From Promethearchaeota archaeon (GTDB lineage Archaea > Asgardarchaeota > Lokiarchaeia > Sigyniarchaeales > SOKP01): a DNA stretch of 64,000 nucleotides. The translations under genes and the position numbers were made by a program. Below, piece after piece: positions 10,684 through 20,869 of the stretch. A model generated the notes under the pieces. It saw nothing but the letters and a program-made list of their open reading frames with translations. It did not search any database and had not been told where the DNA came from. The stretch covers positions 160,001 through 224,000 of the forward strand of contig JAUVNS010000001.1 in NCBI GenBank assembly GCA_030599585.1, in the 5' to 3' direction. Position 1 is the first letter of the stretch. Every line of letters starts with the position of its first letter.

Positions 10684-11559
10684 GTGATTGAAACGAGGTT
10701 AGGTGCTCACATGAGCGTTACAGGGGGAAAATATATGGCTCTTGAGAGGGGAAAAGAGCTTAGGTGCGAAACTATTCAAGTATTTATCAGAAATGTTCGC
10801 TCTTGGTCGTCAAAACCTTTAATACAAAGTGATATTGACGATTTTCTTAAAATTAAGGAAGAATTAAAAGAAGATATTTGGCCAATAATTAGTCACAATA
10901 GTTATTTAATAAATTTAGCAAGTATCAATAACGAAAAATTGGAGAAATCATATAGTTCTATGCTAGATGAGCTTATTAAAGCTAATCAACTCGGTATTGA
11001 ATTGGAAAATATGCATCCTGGAGTTATTCCTTTAAGCGATAAAGATGAAATCTCTAAAAAAGAAGCTTTATCTCAGATCGCCAATCAATTAAACAAATTA
11101 ATTGATGAGACTAAAAGTTCAAAAGTTAGAATTTTATTAGAAACTACCGCTGGGCAAGGTAAGGGTTTAGGCAATAAATTCCATCATTTAAATACGATTA
11201 TTGATAAAATTAAAGATAAAAATAGAATTGGGGTTTGTTTTGATACCGCCCATTCATTCGCAGCAGGCTACGACTTTACTACCAAGAAAAAATATAACGA
11301 AATGTGGAATGATTTTGACGATATTATTGGATTGAAGTATCTATTTGCCTTCCATCTAAACGATACGGAAAAAGAGTTAGGTTCTAGAGTTGATCGTCAT
11401 ACTCACATAGGACAAGGAAAAATCGGCAAGGAACCCTTTGGATTCTTGTTAAGTGACGATAGATTTAGAGATCACCCTGGAATTATAGAAACTCCAAAAG
11501 GTAAAGACATGAAAGAAGATGTAATGAATCTTGCAACTCTTAGATCTTTGGTAAACTAG
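10684..11559 (+). CDS. nfo: Endonuclease IV (AP endonuclease)
   Basis: LGAHMS, HNSYLINLAS, HPG, LLETTAGQG, CFDTAHSFAAGYD, HLND, DRHTHIGQG, ETP. Confidence 0.95.
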   Translation: MIETRLGAHMSVTGGKYMALERGKELRCETIQVFIRNVRSWSSKPLIQSDIDDFLKIKEELKEDIWPIISHNSYLINLASINNEKLEKSYSSMLDELIKANQLGIELENMHPGVIPLSDKDEISKKEALSQIANQLNKLIDETKSSKVRILLETTAGQGKGLGNKFHHLNTIIDKIKDKNRIGVCFDTAHSFAAGYDFTTKKKYNEMWNDFDDIIGLKYLFAFHLNDTEKELGSRVDRHTHIGQGKIGKEPFGFLLSDDRFRDHPGIIETPKGKDMKEDVMNLATLRSLVN

Positions 11560-11655
11560 TTCAATAATTTAAATAAAACTAGCATTTTAATAAAAAACTT
11601 TTTTCTTGCTTGACAAAAATGTTTAAATATTGCTTTAACAATTCTTAGATTAATG

Positions 11656-11680
11656 CAATTCAATTAAAAAAATTGAATTG
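11656..11680. promoter_or_regulatory. Perfect 10-bp inverted repeat, putative operator of the downstream Fe-S gene
   Basis: CAATTCAATT-AAAAA-AATTGAATTG between a TTTAAATA box (~11622) and the start at 11709. Confidence 0.5.
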
Positions 11681-11708
11681 ATATTTCTACTAAATAGAGG
11701 CGAATGAA

Positions 11709-12851
11709 ATGGTTGAAACAATAGATGTATATAGAAAATTGCAACAACATATTGATGAACGTATGCCTGTTGGCTTTCCTCCAAGTGAATCAGGTACAGA
11801 CATAAAGATTTTGAAAAATCTTTTTACTCCCGAGGAAGCAAGTATTACATTAAACCTTAGTGCTTTAGCAGAACCTATAGAACGTATATATAAGCGTGTT
11901 AAAGATAGTGGGATATCTTTAAAAGAATTAGAAGATAAATTAGATGGCTTAGTAAGTAAAGGTGCAATTATGGGTGGTAGTTTTAATAATCCTGATAAAA
12001 AAACCTATAGTACAGCACAATTTGCGATTGGAATGTTTGAATTTCAAGTAGACAAACTTACAAAAGAACTAGCCCAAGCGTCTGCAGATTATAACAAGAA
12101 TATATATTATAAGGAATGGTTTAAAGCAAATGTCCCTAATCAAATGCGAACAATTCCAATAGAAAAGAGTATTCTTCCCGAACATCATATTAGTACTTTT
12201 GATGATGTTACTAAAATAATTGACAATGTTGATGGACCAATGACAATATTTAATTGCATTTGTAAACAAGAAATGGATTTGTTAGGGAAATCTTGTAATG
12301 TTACAGATATGCGGGATACATGTATGGCATTCGGAAAATTTGCAAAAGGTACTATGGAATTAGGATATGGTCGTGAAGTCAATAAAAGTGAAATGATGGA
12401 GCATTTGCAAAAATATCAGGAATTAGGTTTAATATTACAACCCAATAACTCACAAGATTCTGCTTTTATATGCGCCTGTTGTGGAGATTGTTGTCAAGTT
12501 TTACAAATGGTAAAAAGATATCCTCGACCTGCAGATTATTTTACTTCAAATTTTCATGCATCAGTTGATTCTGAGGCTTGTGAAGGGTGTGAAACATGTG
12601 TAGAACGGTGTCAAATGGAAGCATTATCTCTTATTAACAATATATCAGAAGTAGACTATGATAGATGTATAGGTTGTGGCAATTGCGTTATTACATGTCC
12701 ATCAGATGCGATTAAACTCAAAAAAAACGAAAAAGAGAAAGTACCTCCGAAAAATATGGACGCTCTTTTACAGAAAATCATGATTAAAAAAAAAGGATTA
12801 TTGGGCTCTATGAAGATGATGGGTAAAATGCTCTTAAAGAAGCAAATCTAA
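11709..12851 (+). CDS. 4Fe-4S dicluster-binding protein with N-terminal HTH-like region
   Basis: CICK, CACCGDCC, CEGCETCVERC and CIGCGNCVITC motifs. Confidence 0.85.
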   Translation: MVETIDVYRKLQQHIDERMPVGFPPSESGTDIKILKNLFTPEEASITLNLSALAEPIERIYKRVKDSGISLKELEDKLDGLVSKGAIMGGSFNNPDKKTYSTAQFAIGMFEFQVDKLTKELAQASADYNKNIYYKEWFKANVPNQMRTIPIEKSILPEHHISTFDDVTKIIDNVDGPMTIFNCICKQEMDLLGKSCNVTDMRDTCMAFGKFAKGTMELGYGREVNKSEMMEHLQKYQELGLILQPNNSQDSAFICACCGDCCQVLQMVKRYPRPADYFTSNFHASVDSEACEGCETCVERCQMEALSLINNISEVDYDRCIGCGNCVITCPSDAIKLKKNEKEKVPPKNMDALLQKIMIKKKGLLGSMKMMGKMLLKKQI

Positions 12852-12882
12852 TTTTTAATTAACTTTTTTATTTTATTTTTTA

Positions 12883-13290
12883 TTATTCGTGAATCTTAAA
12901 CCATAAAGGACTAGTATCGTCAATTAAGCCATTATAATTTACTGTTAATTCCTCCCCTTTCTTAATATCTTTAATAGCCATATATTCAATTGCTTTATTC
13001 TTATAATCGTAAAAATACTGTACATTGGGAGCGTAGGAATGGTTGATGAACTGACTAATGCTTAGAGTGATTGCGTTTTTAAAAGCCGGTTTGTGGCGTG
13101 GGTCTTCCCAAATATAGCAATAATTGTATAATTGAGTTTTTTTAATCTTTCTATAGTCTTTATTTGGTATTAGAACTACATTTGCTACGTCGATTACTGT
13201 ACCTTTTTTAATATCCTTCTTCGCAAAGGCGCCTTTTCCTTTTGTATTAGATATAAATTTAACTTCTATAAATTCATGCAATGGAATCAC
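12883..13290 (-). CDS. Stand-alone SET-domain protein-lysine methyltransferase
   Basis: KGKGAFAKKDIKKG, FINHSYAPN, DIKKGEELTVNY signature motifs. Confidence 0.9.
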   Translation of the reverse strand: MIPLHEFIEVKFISNTKGKGAFAKKDIKKGTVIDVANVVLIPNKDYRKIKKTQLYNYCYIWEDPRHKPAFKNAITLSISQFINHSYAPNVQYFYDYKNKAIEYMAIKDIKKGEELTVNYNGLIDDTSPLWFKIHE

Positions 13291-13305
13291 TGATTCTATT
13301 CTTTT

Positions 13306-13950
13306 TTATTCTATTGATGCGTGACGCTTATCAATGTCGTTTTCGGTTATTCCTAATAGAACCATTAATGAGGCTCCAATCGAATCTAATATGGAAAGCG
13401 TAGAAATGTCAAATAATGAAGTGAATGGTGCTAAGGAATCTTGTGAAATTGCTTTCTCTTTACTTTTTCCCTCAACTTTAATGACTAGGTCAGATAACTT
13501 TGCGATAGTGCTTTTGAGATTCCCTGTAAATAAAGCAATTTTTCCTCCAATTTTTTTTGCTTCTTCGGCTATGGCTTTAGGTGAAGTTGTTTCGCCGCTT
13601 CCGCTTACCAAAATCAATAGATCCCCCTTACTGTAGCGATATGTAACTGCGTCGGAAACAAAACAAGATTTAATACCTAAATGCATTAATCTTTGAGCAA
13701 AACATCTTCCAATAAATCCAGATCTACCAGCACCATATATAAAAATCCTTCCATTTTTTGAATCAATTTCAACTATTAACTCAATTAGTTTTAAGACTTG
13801 ATCCGTGTCAACAGAATCAGAATTTTTTTTTACTTGATCTGCGATTTCTAAAAGAGTATTTAGAAATCTTTCCCGTAGTAGTTTTGAATTAGAATCATTC
13901 ATTTCTATTTTTCCTCCTTTGATAATTCGGGATTGACACAACTTCTCCAT
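13306..13950 (-). CDS. phi: 6-phospho-3-hexuloisomerase-like SIS-domain protein
   Basis: IFIYGAGRSG, FAQRLMHLG, SGSGET, C-terminal RHASIE. Start probably ATG 13902. Confidence 0.85.
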   Translation of the reverse strand: MEKLCQSRIIKGGKIEMNDSNSKLLRERFLNTLLEIADQVKKNSDSVDTDQVLKLIELIVEIDSKNGRIFIYGAGRSGFIGRCFAQRLMHLGIKSCFVSDAVTYRYSKGDLLILVSGSGETTSPKAIAEEAKKIGGKIALFTGNLKSTIAKLSDLVIKVEGKSKEKAISQDSLAPFTSLFDISTLSILDSIGASLMVLLGITENDIDKRHASIE

Positions 13951-15191
13951 TGATCGACGGTTTCTTTAGGACCTAAACCAATCAAAAGGTCCCCAACTTC
14001 AAATATAAAATCAGATTTAAAGCTGTAAATCCATTTGTTTTCTCTTTTTAAGGCTATAATATGAAACCCTCGCTTATATTTTTGATTTTGTAATTGATTA
14101 TACGTTTTATTTTTAAAATAAGAATCTGTTGAAATTGTTTCTCGCACGACTATTTCTGAAGTTTCTTTTATGGCTTTTTGTAGAATAATATGGGGTTCAA
14201 AGCCTTCTAATATATTTTCGGCTAAATGAGCAGCTGCATCTGCTATCAATTCACATGAAAATACTATACGCATTATTCCTGTTAAAATTTTTGGATTATC
14301 AAGTGATTGCGTTAAATCTAAAAGATCTTTCTCAAAATTAATATTCAATCCATCCATTAAAGATTCCATTTCTAAAACATCTTCAGCTACATCATAACTG
14401 TTAAAGAACAATGCGGCTAAAGCTAATTCAATCATTGTCTCTGAAATATCTGTAATCAACACATAATCCCTTTTTAGTTCTTTAATTTCTTCGTAAAATT
14501 CAGGATTTTTTAGATCATAATCCGATTCCTCTTTTGTTTCCCCTAAGTGGAAAGAAAAATCTTCAGAGTCATATGTTAACTTCTTTAATTCTTTAATTGG
14601 TTCAATTTCTCCTTTAATTATCAAGATATCTCCGGTTTTAATTTCATTATCTCTTTCAAATAACCAATCGTTCTTTCTTTTTATTGCAATCAAATCTACT
14701 CCGTACTTAGACCTAAAATGCACTTCTTTGCGTTTCATGCCTATAAATTCACAAGCATCATTTACAACAATTTTTACTATTGGTTCCGGGACTTCGTCCC
14801 AAAAAAGTTGCGTGAAATCGGATATATCGCTATTAATATATACAACTCGAGCGATATCTGCAAGAGCATCAGAGATTTTGTCAATTGAATAACCCATTAC
14901 CACAATAGGTTCTAAAGCTTTTGCTTCTTTAAAACCCCCAGTTTGAGTTTGAATAATTTGCAAATTCAATAGAAATGTTAATTCATGGATTCTTTTTTCA
15001 ATTTTTGAGGTCTCGTCTGCAATTTCCTTACTACTAAATTTAATAGCACTGTAAGCAAGATCAATCATCAAGTCGATCTTCTGTTTCATCTCTCTTAATA
15101 TGTCTTTTAGTGATATAGCTTGGTACTGAAATTTCTTTCTTTTTTCATGCTTTTTAATTATTTTCTCACTCTCGTTTAGATAATTACGCAA
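13905..15191 (-). CDS. Duplicated PhoU + TrkA-C (RCK-C) regulatory protein
   Basis: Two PhoU-like helical units (LMIDLAYSA; TMIELALAALFF), each followed by a TrkA-C unit (GVDLIAIKR; GFHIIALKR...GDLLIG). Confidence 0.8.
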   Translation of the reverse strand: MRNYLNESEKIIKKHEKRKKFQYQAISLKDILREMKQKIDLMIDLAYSAIKFSSKEIADETSKIEKRIHELTFLLNLQIIQTQTGGFKEAKALEPIVVMGYSIDKISDALADIARVVYINSDISDFTQLFWDEVPEPIVKIVVNDACEFIGMKRKEVHFRSKYGVDLIAIKRKNDWLFERDNEIKTGDILIIKGEIEPIKELKKLTYDSEDFSFHLGETKEESDYDLKNPEFYEEIKELKRDYVLITDISETMIELALAALFFNSYDVAEDVLEMESLMDGLNINFEKDLLDLTQSLDNPKILTGIMRIVFSCELIADAAAHLAENILEGFEPHIILQKAIKETSEIVVRETISTDSYFKNKTYNQLQNQKYKRGFHIIALKRENKWIYSFKSDFIFEVGDLLIGLGPKETVDQWRSCVNPELSKEEK

Positions 15192-15777
15192 ATATTTGGA
15201 TAAAGATTATTATAAATAAAGGGGTTAAGAAGTCCGCTAACGATGTAACCATTGGAATTAAGAAATTATTTGGGTCTTTTCCTTTTCTAAATATTAATAT
15301 GGAACCCATAAATAAAAATACGAACATTAGTCCAAATAAAATCAAAATAGTAATAATAAAAATTGATATAATCAACAAGGGATTAACGATTTGTATTCCT
15401 GTTACACTTCCCAATATGTATCCTAGGCTTATCAACGCAGCAAGGCTTAATAAAATTGTTATAAATAACCCATAAAAGTCTTGTTTTAATCGATCAGAGA
15501 CTTGAATTTTTGGAGATAACGTACCTATATACAGATGAGAGGTAAGACGAGATACCAGAACAGTTGATATATCACCTATTAAAGAATTTAAGGACGGTAA
15601 TACTAATAAAATAATAGGAAAACTAGACAACACTCTTTCGTTATTAGATAGAAGCGTCCCAGAAAAGAGGCCCATAACAGAACTAATTAGAACTACTATT
15701 ACTGATTCCTTGAAGATTTTTTTAAAATAGTCCAATTTTATGGCACCCCCAACATAATAATTGTTAAATAGAAGCAA
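15184..15777 (-). CDS. MgtE/SLC41 integral membrane subunit
   Basis: LPSLNSLIG, SRLTSHLYIG, GKDPNNFLIPMVTSLADF. Confidence 0.85.
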   Translation of the reverse strand: MLLFNNYYVGGAIKLDYFKKIFKESVIVVLISSVMGLFSGTLLSNNERVLSSFPIILLVLPSLNSLIGDISTVLVSRLTSHLYIGTLSPKIQVSDRLKQDFYGLFITILLSLAALISLGYILGSVTGIQIVNPLLIISIFIITILILFGLMFVFLFMGSILIFRKGKDPNNFLIPMVTSLADFLTPLFIIIFIQIFA

Positions 15778-16292
15778 ATAACCGTAAAAAAGTCGTCAAT
15801 GGCTGTCATTACAGGATTTACAACATTATTTGGATCGAGCCCCCGCTTAAACGCTAAAAAATTTAGAAATGTAGAACAAGGAATTGAAATCGTTAAAGTT
15901 AGCGATATTGAAACAACTGGAATTACGATTAGCAAACCAATATGAAAAATATATAGTCTAATTAATAAGAAATTAATAAGAATGCTAAAAACTCCTATTG
16001 CTATTGCTGTTAATAACGACAAAGCTAATGTAGCTAATACATTTTCAAACCATGATTTCTTATTAAATTCGCCTATAATGAAGTCTCTTGAAGTACGCGC
16101 AATAAATGGCCCACTTAAATTACCCCTAAGAGAAAGTAAAGCAGGTATAATTAGAATTAATAGAAGAAAGCTCTTAAATGAGACTATTAAAAGAGAGAGT
16201 ACGATTCCCGCAAGGATATCACCCACAATGGAAACCATTTCAGATGGAAACGTTTCTTTAACGATTCGACCTTTAGTATCTCGAGCTTCCAT
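15738..16292 (-). CDS. MgtE/SLC41 integral membrane subunit (second half of split transporter)
   Basis: IPALLSLRGN, GLDPNNVVNPVMTAIDD. Confidence 0.85.
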   Translation of the reverse strand: MEARDTKGRIVKETFPSEMVSIVGDILAGIVLSLLIVSFKSFLLLILIIPALLSLRGNLSGPFIARTSRDFIIGEFNKKSWFENVLATLALSLLTAIAIGVFSILINFLLIRLYIFHIGLLIVIPVVSISLTLTISIPCSTFLNFLAFKRGLDPNNVVNPVMTAIDDFFTVICFYLTIIMLGVP

Positions 16293-16539
16293 ATGTCATC
16301 ATCATCATCAGATGAACTTATTGTTAAATTTTCGTTCATTCTCTTACTAATTTATTAAGGCTCGAATTTATTTAAAAATTACTAATTAAAATGAAAGCAA
16401 TATATAATCTCCTAAAATCAATTAAATTCTTCAATTATTTTGGTTTGGATAAAGAAAATAGATGATTTTTTTTAAATAAAATTAGATGCACCTAAAAAGA
16501 AATATAAAAATATAAAATAAAAAAAAATTGAATTTATAA

Positions 16540-18981
16540 CTATAATTTCTTAACTTTCTTGAAATGTGTCATAATTAAAGCGAACACTCCTACTGTAAGA
16601 AATCCGAATGTCATCAAAAGTGGAAAACCAGGAATTAGTTCAGGAATAGCAGATATATATGTAACTGCCATGATAATGGAAAATGGACCTGAACTACCAC
16701 TTAATGGAAAAATAATGGTCAAAGAATTATCTGCATAGTCATAAACAAACATATCAGTTGTTTCTGGAGGAGCTGCGCTCCATTCATTATTACCACTCAT
16801 GTTCCATGCCCAAAAGGTAAGATTAAAGCTATCTAGATCAAAAGAATCATCGAATTTGATATAGAAAGTTAGGTTCGTTAGTCCAGTAGTGTTGGTAATT
16901 AAAAGATCATTATAGTAAAGTACAGTTCCATCAGTGATCGAGGTATCTATAGGATTATAAGCTGAAAGAGCATTTACTACTTCTATACCGGTATTATTAG
17001 TAATGATTTCTATAAATGAGACAGTTATTTCGCTTACATCATCACTAGAGAAGGATATATGACTGGTTCCAGAGCGAAGCGTTTCGTTATACATAGGATA
17101 AATGCTCATATAATTCCAAGTTGTGTCGTCTCCACCCGGTATATTCATCCAACCTCCCATAAAGCTTATTCTTCCACTGGTTGGATCTAGATATGTGTCG
17201 TATTCTTTATTATTCGTCGAATTTCTAAGAAAAACATGATCTTCAGCAAATGTCATTACATCAAACATCCCTCCAAGTAATGCTAAAAGATTTTCAAAAT
17301 CTTCTCCAGTAAAACCTAGAGGTACAAAAAGTGGTGGTGCTGTGCCTCCTGAGTTTCCTGTGCCTCCAAACATAGTATATGGGGAAATTGGCCAGTATAT
17401 ATTCGCGTCAAGAAATTTACCCGTTCCAAAATAAGCCCAAGTGCCTGTTTCTTCGTCAAATACTTCAAAATTAGCAATAATTGCTTTAAAGAATTGCAAT
17501 TCTGGTTGTCCCGGTATTGTAGTAAAAATTCCTCCACTCTCCACTTCCCATATTGTCAAATTAGCAAATTCACTAACGGTAAAAAGAGCTGTTGCTCTCA
17601 TGTACATTCCGCCATCTTGAGAATTTTGTTTATAATAAACAACATCTCCTATTTCTAAGTCCCATTCTACTAATGTTTGGTGCTGTATTTCGTAATAAAG
17701 TTGAACATAACCGTGCTCAAAAATCAGGAATGATTGCACTATTCCAGTTGATTTGTCAATAATGTTATTTACTTTAAAGTCTGTATAAGTGTTTCTTAAA
17801 GTAAACTCAAAGTTTGTATTTTCAATGAGCACGAGATCGTTAAATGGAGCATCCCATATACGAAGCGTGTCAGAATTCCACATGAATTCAATATCTTCCT
17901 TAGTAGTACTATTAGGATATACAAAGTCATAATTAGCGGTTACTACATCATCAAAATATTGGAAATAAAAGTTGTTTGCATACCCTATTATAATATTTGG
18001 CTCTACGACATTATACTCAAATCCATCCCATACAGATAAATTTGCGTAAACTGCTTGGAATACCATGTAAGTGTCGCCTTCCATAAACCCATTATTAGAT
18101 TTAGGAAGCAAAACATCTGCAAAGTTAATAACCTCAACTTTTACATCGTAGGCACTAGTGCTACCTCCAGTCCAGTCATAATAAAAAATGTCTCCAATAG
18201 TAACTCCCCATTCAATCTCGTCAGTTATATCGTAGTCGAGAACTCTTTGTATTGTAAAATTAAGTAGCATTTGCTCACCCATTTCAACCATCATGTATCC
18301 TTCTGCGTATTCTGCGACTCCATCTGTAGCACCATACACGAGGTTAAGATAATAGCCATCAGACGAATTTGTAAAAGATATGGAGTTAGTTGAAAGACCC
18401 GAGGTAAATCCATTAAATTGGTTGAATCTATCAGGAGAAAGTGGATCATAAAACGATTCTTTGAGAATATCGTCTAATACATCAACTTCTAAATTATTCG
18501 ACCCATTTAGGGGTAATATATAAGGTGCAACACCCATTCCTGCTCTGTATTTATGCTTAATGGTGTCTGAGTTGTTATATCCAAATAGCGCAAATTCCAT
18601 TGGATCATCATATGATTCCAGCTCTTGCTCTGAAATATCTCCCGTAACATTGAAATAACATTGAGTAGCGTTAACCTGCGAAAATTCGTTTACTCCTAAC
18701 CAATCAGTTGTCACGTTTTCGATTGAGGTTATGTTATATATCCAAATGTCTTTAAACATCATGGTAACCTCCCCATTTGAAGTGTTAGTAAGGATCATTT
18801 CTACTTCCCAATAAAGCTCGTCTCCAACATCAACACCCCAATGCCATCCATTATATGCATGTTCTTCGGGAACATATGGACCCGCTTTCACTGAAGTAAA
18901 AAGCACACTTAAATTTATAGCGGCTGTGAATGCTAAAAGTATGATTACAGTTGATTTCGTTCTGTTTTTTAAATTATTCAT
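16540..18981 (-). CDS. Large secreted surface glycoprotein with three repeated domains and a Loki-CTERM/PGF-like sorting signal
   Basis: Signal peptide; WGVDVGDELYW / WGVTIGDIFYY / WDLEIGDVVYY repeats; many NxS/T sequons; C-terminal IPGFP + TM + KKVKKL. Confidence 0.8.
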   Translation of the reverse strand: MNNLKNRTKSTVIILLAFTAAINLSVLFTSVKAGPYVPEEHAYNGWHWGVDVGDELYWEVEMILTNTSNGEVTMMFKDIWIYNITSIENVTTDWLGVNEFSQVNATQCYFNVTGDISEQELESYDDPMEFALFGYNNSDTIKHKYRAGMGVAPYILPLNGSNNLEVDVLDDILKESFYDPLSPDRFNQFNGFTSGLSTNSISFTNSSDGYYLNLVYGATDGVAEYAEGYMMVEMGEQMLLNFTIQRVLDYDITDEIEWGVTIGDIFYYDWTGGSTSAYDVKVEVINFADVLLPKSNNGFMEGDTYMVFQAVYANLSVWDGFEYNVVEPNIIIGYANNFYFQYFDDVVTANYDFVYPNSTTKEDIEFMWNSDTLRIWDAPFNDLVLIENTNFEFTLRNTYTDFKVNNIIDKSTGIVQSFLIFEHGYVQLYYEIQHQTLVEWDLEIGDVVYYKQNSQDGGMYMRATALFTVSEFANLTIWEVESGGIFTTIPGQPELQFFKAIIANFEVFDEETGTWAYFGTGKFLDANIYWPISPYTMFGGTGNSGGTAPPLFVPLGFTGEDFENLLALLGGMFDVMTFAEDHVFLRNSTNNKEYDTYLDPTSGRISFMGGWMNIPGGDDTTWNYMSIYPMYNETLRSGTSHISFSSDDVSEITVSFIEIITNNTGIEVVNALSAYNPIDTSITDGTVLYYNDLLITNTTGLTNLTFYIKFDDSFDLDSFNLTFWAWNMSGNNEWSAAPPETTDMFVYDYADNSLTIIFPLSGSSGPFSIIMAVTYISAIPELIPGFPLLMTFGFLTVGVFALIMTHFKKVKKL

Positions 18982-19110
18982 AAATTTTAACCCTTTTTCG
19001 TTAAATTTTCAGTTAGCAAAAGCATAAAATTGTAAGTTTAAAAATTCTTGCTATTGCGAATTTTAGAAACTCTACTGGTAAAAGTAAATGTTTTTGAATA
19101 ATTCGCGAAA

Positions 19111-20637
19111 TTAATCATTGGATTTAATTAATTTCAACCAATTTGGATCGATGTTGTTAAGTGCAGCCTCAATTTCTTTTCTTACTGCCCAATCATCGTC
19201 CCATAACGAATTTGCTAAAGAATTTAGCATATTTTTATCTCCTAGTTGTCCTAAAGCTCTTGCGGCGGCGATTCTAATTTTTGGATCGCTGTCTTTAAGC
19301 ATTTCTATAAATGGGGAAATGTCGCTAATGTTTTCGAATTTTCCTAATGCTAAGGCAATCCAACTTTTAATGAAAATATCCTCGTCGTTAATCAAAGGTA
19401 ATAGAGCTTCTAAGCTATCTTCAGTTCCTTGTTTTATTAAGAGCTTAACTGCTGCTCTTTTAGTCTTCCAATTTGAAGAACTCAAGAAAGTCTTTACATC
19501 GTTAAGGTATTTCTGATTTGTCATTTTGGATAAAGCATCAATAGTCACGTCCCGCACTCTATTATCAGGATCGTTTAAAAGATCTATTAATGATGAAATT
19601 TGCTGGTCGTTACCCAACTTTCCTGTTAATTTTACACATAAACTTCTTATTTTCCATTCTTTAGCCTTAAGACCTTCAAGAACTTGATCTGGGACCTTAT
19701 CTTTAGAAATCTGAAGAAGGGAATTGTACGCCAATTTACGAGTTTTATTATCGCTACTCTTAAAAGAATTAATCATATAGTCAACAGCGTTCTCGTCTTC
19801 AAGTAAACCTAAAAGTTTGATTGCTTCCTTCCTCTCTATCATATTCTTGCTATTTGCAACTTCGTAAATTTTTTCATAAGAGTCAATGTTAACACAAATT
19901 CGTTTTAACGATTGAATAGATAACTTTCGTACGTTTTCGTTCTTATTTTTTAATAATTTTAGAAGGGGATCAATTGCTCGTTTACTATTAATTGTACCCA
20001 AAGCTTTGATACTTGCTTTCTTGACTTCCTCATCTGAATCATCAAGTAAATTGATAATTAGTCTTACATCCTTTACTTGAAGTAATTTTTCTAAAGCTTG
20101 AACAGCATTGCGTTTTACTTCAGGATCGTTTTTGTGAAGCAATTCTTTTAAGTAACTAATTGAATCTTCGCATTGAATTTTACCCAGAATAACTGGAATT
20201 GATCTTTTAACGTATAGATTTCCTTTATCAAAGAAGTTTATAATCTCACGTACATCTCCTAATTTTCCTATGTTCACGATTGATTTTATGACATCGTCCC
20301 TTATTTCTAAAGAGGGATTACTTAACATTTCTAATAAGGGTTGTAATGCAGAGAGGATTTTAATTTTACCAAGCGCAATCACCGCGGTTTTTCTAGCCTC
20401 TATAAAATTATCTGTAAGAGCTTCAATTAATATTGGACTTGAAACTTCTGGCACATTACTCGCCGCAACATTGATAATTGTAGCTCGTACCTTACCGTCT
20501 GCCTCATTTCTATATTGCGTAGCAAAAAAACTTAAATTTTTTTTATCAATCAAATTACCTATTGAATTAATCATATCCACTTTATTTTCTGGAACAGATG
20601 CTTTAAGATATTTTTCCTTAAATTCTTGAAATTCCAT
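19111..20637 (-). CDS. HEAT-repeat (PBS-lyase-type) alpha-solenoid protein
   Basis: About 14 repeats of LxDxDxxVRxxAxxALG type. Confidence 0.9.
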   Translation of the reverse strand: MEFQEFKEKYLKASVPENKVDMINSIGNLIDKKNLSFFATQYRNEADGKVRATIINVAASNVPEVSSPILIEALTDNFIEARKTAVIALGKIKILSALQPLLEMLSNPSLEIRDDVIKSIVNIGKLGDVREIINFFDKGNLYVKRSIPVILGKIQCEDSISYLKELLHKNDPEVKRNAVQALEKLLQVKDVRLIINLLDDSDEEVKKASIKALGTINSKRAIDPLLKLLKNKNENVRKLSIQSLKRICVNIDSYEKIYEVANSKNMIERKEAIKLLGLLEDENAVDYMINSFKSSDNKTRKLAYNSLLQISKDKVPDQVLEGLKAKEWKIRSLCVKLTGKLGNDQQISSLIDLLNDPDNRVRDVTIDALSKMTNQKYLNDVKTFLSSSNWKTKRAAVKLLIKQGTEDSLEALLPLINDEDIFIKSWIALALGKFENISDISPFIEMLKDSDPKIRIAAARALGQLGDKNMLNSLANSLWDDDWAVRKEIEAALNNIDPNWLKLIKSND

Positions 20638-20869
20638 TTTACTAATCCTTCTTCCTTTCTTTTCCTTAAAAAAGCGTCTAACTAGAGAATCGAGTGGATA
20701 TTTTTATTTTTAAGTAAATAGATAAATAGAAGTTGTGTCGATTCTGTGTATATATTGGATTTTTATATAGATGAATTTAATCATTAAAAAGATATATTGT
20801 AAAAAACACCGAGTTAGGTGAGGTTTCTTAACCTCTATATAATAAAAGAAAAGTAAAAAAAATAGAAAT

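Noticed and set aside
15982-16350. Plus-strand ORF with HHHH run
   Set aside because: Antisense shadow of the MgtE gene; the His run is the complement of the (GAT)n tract
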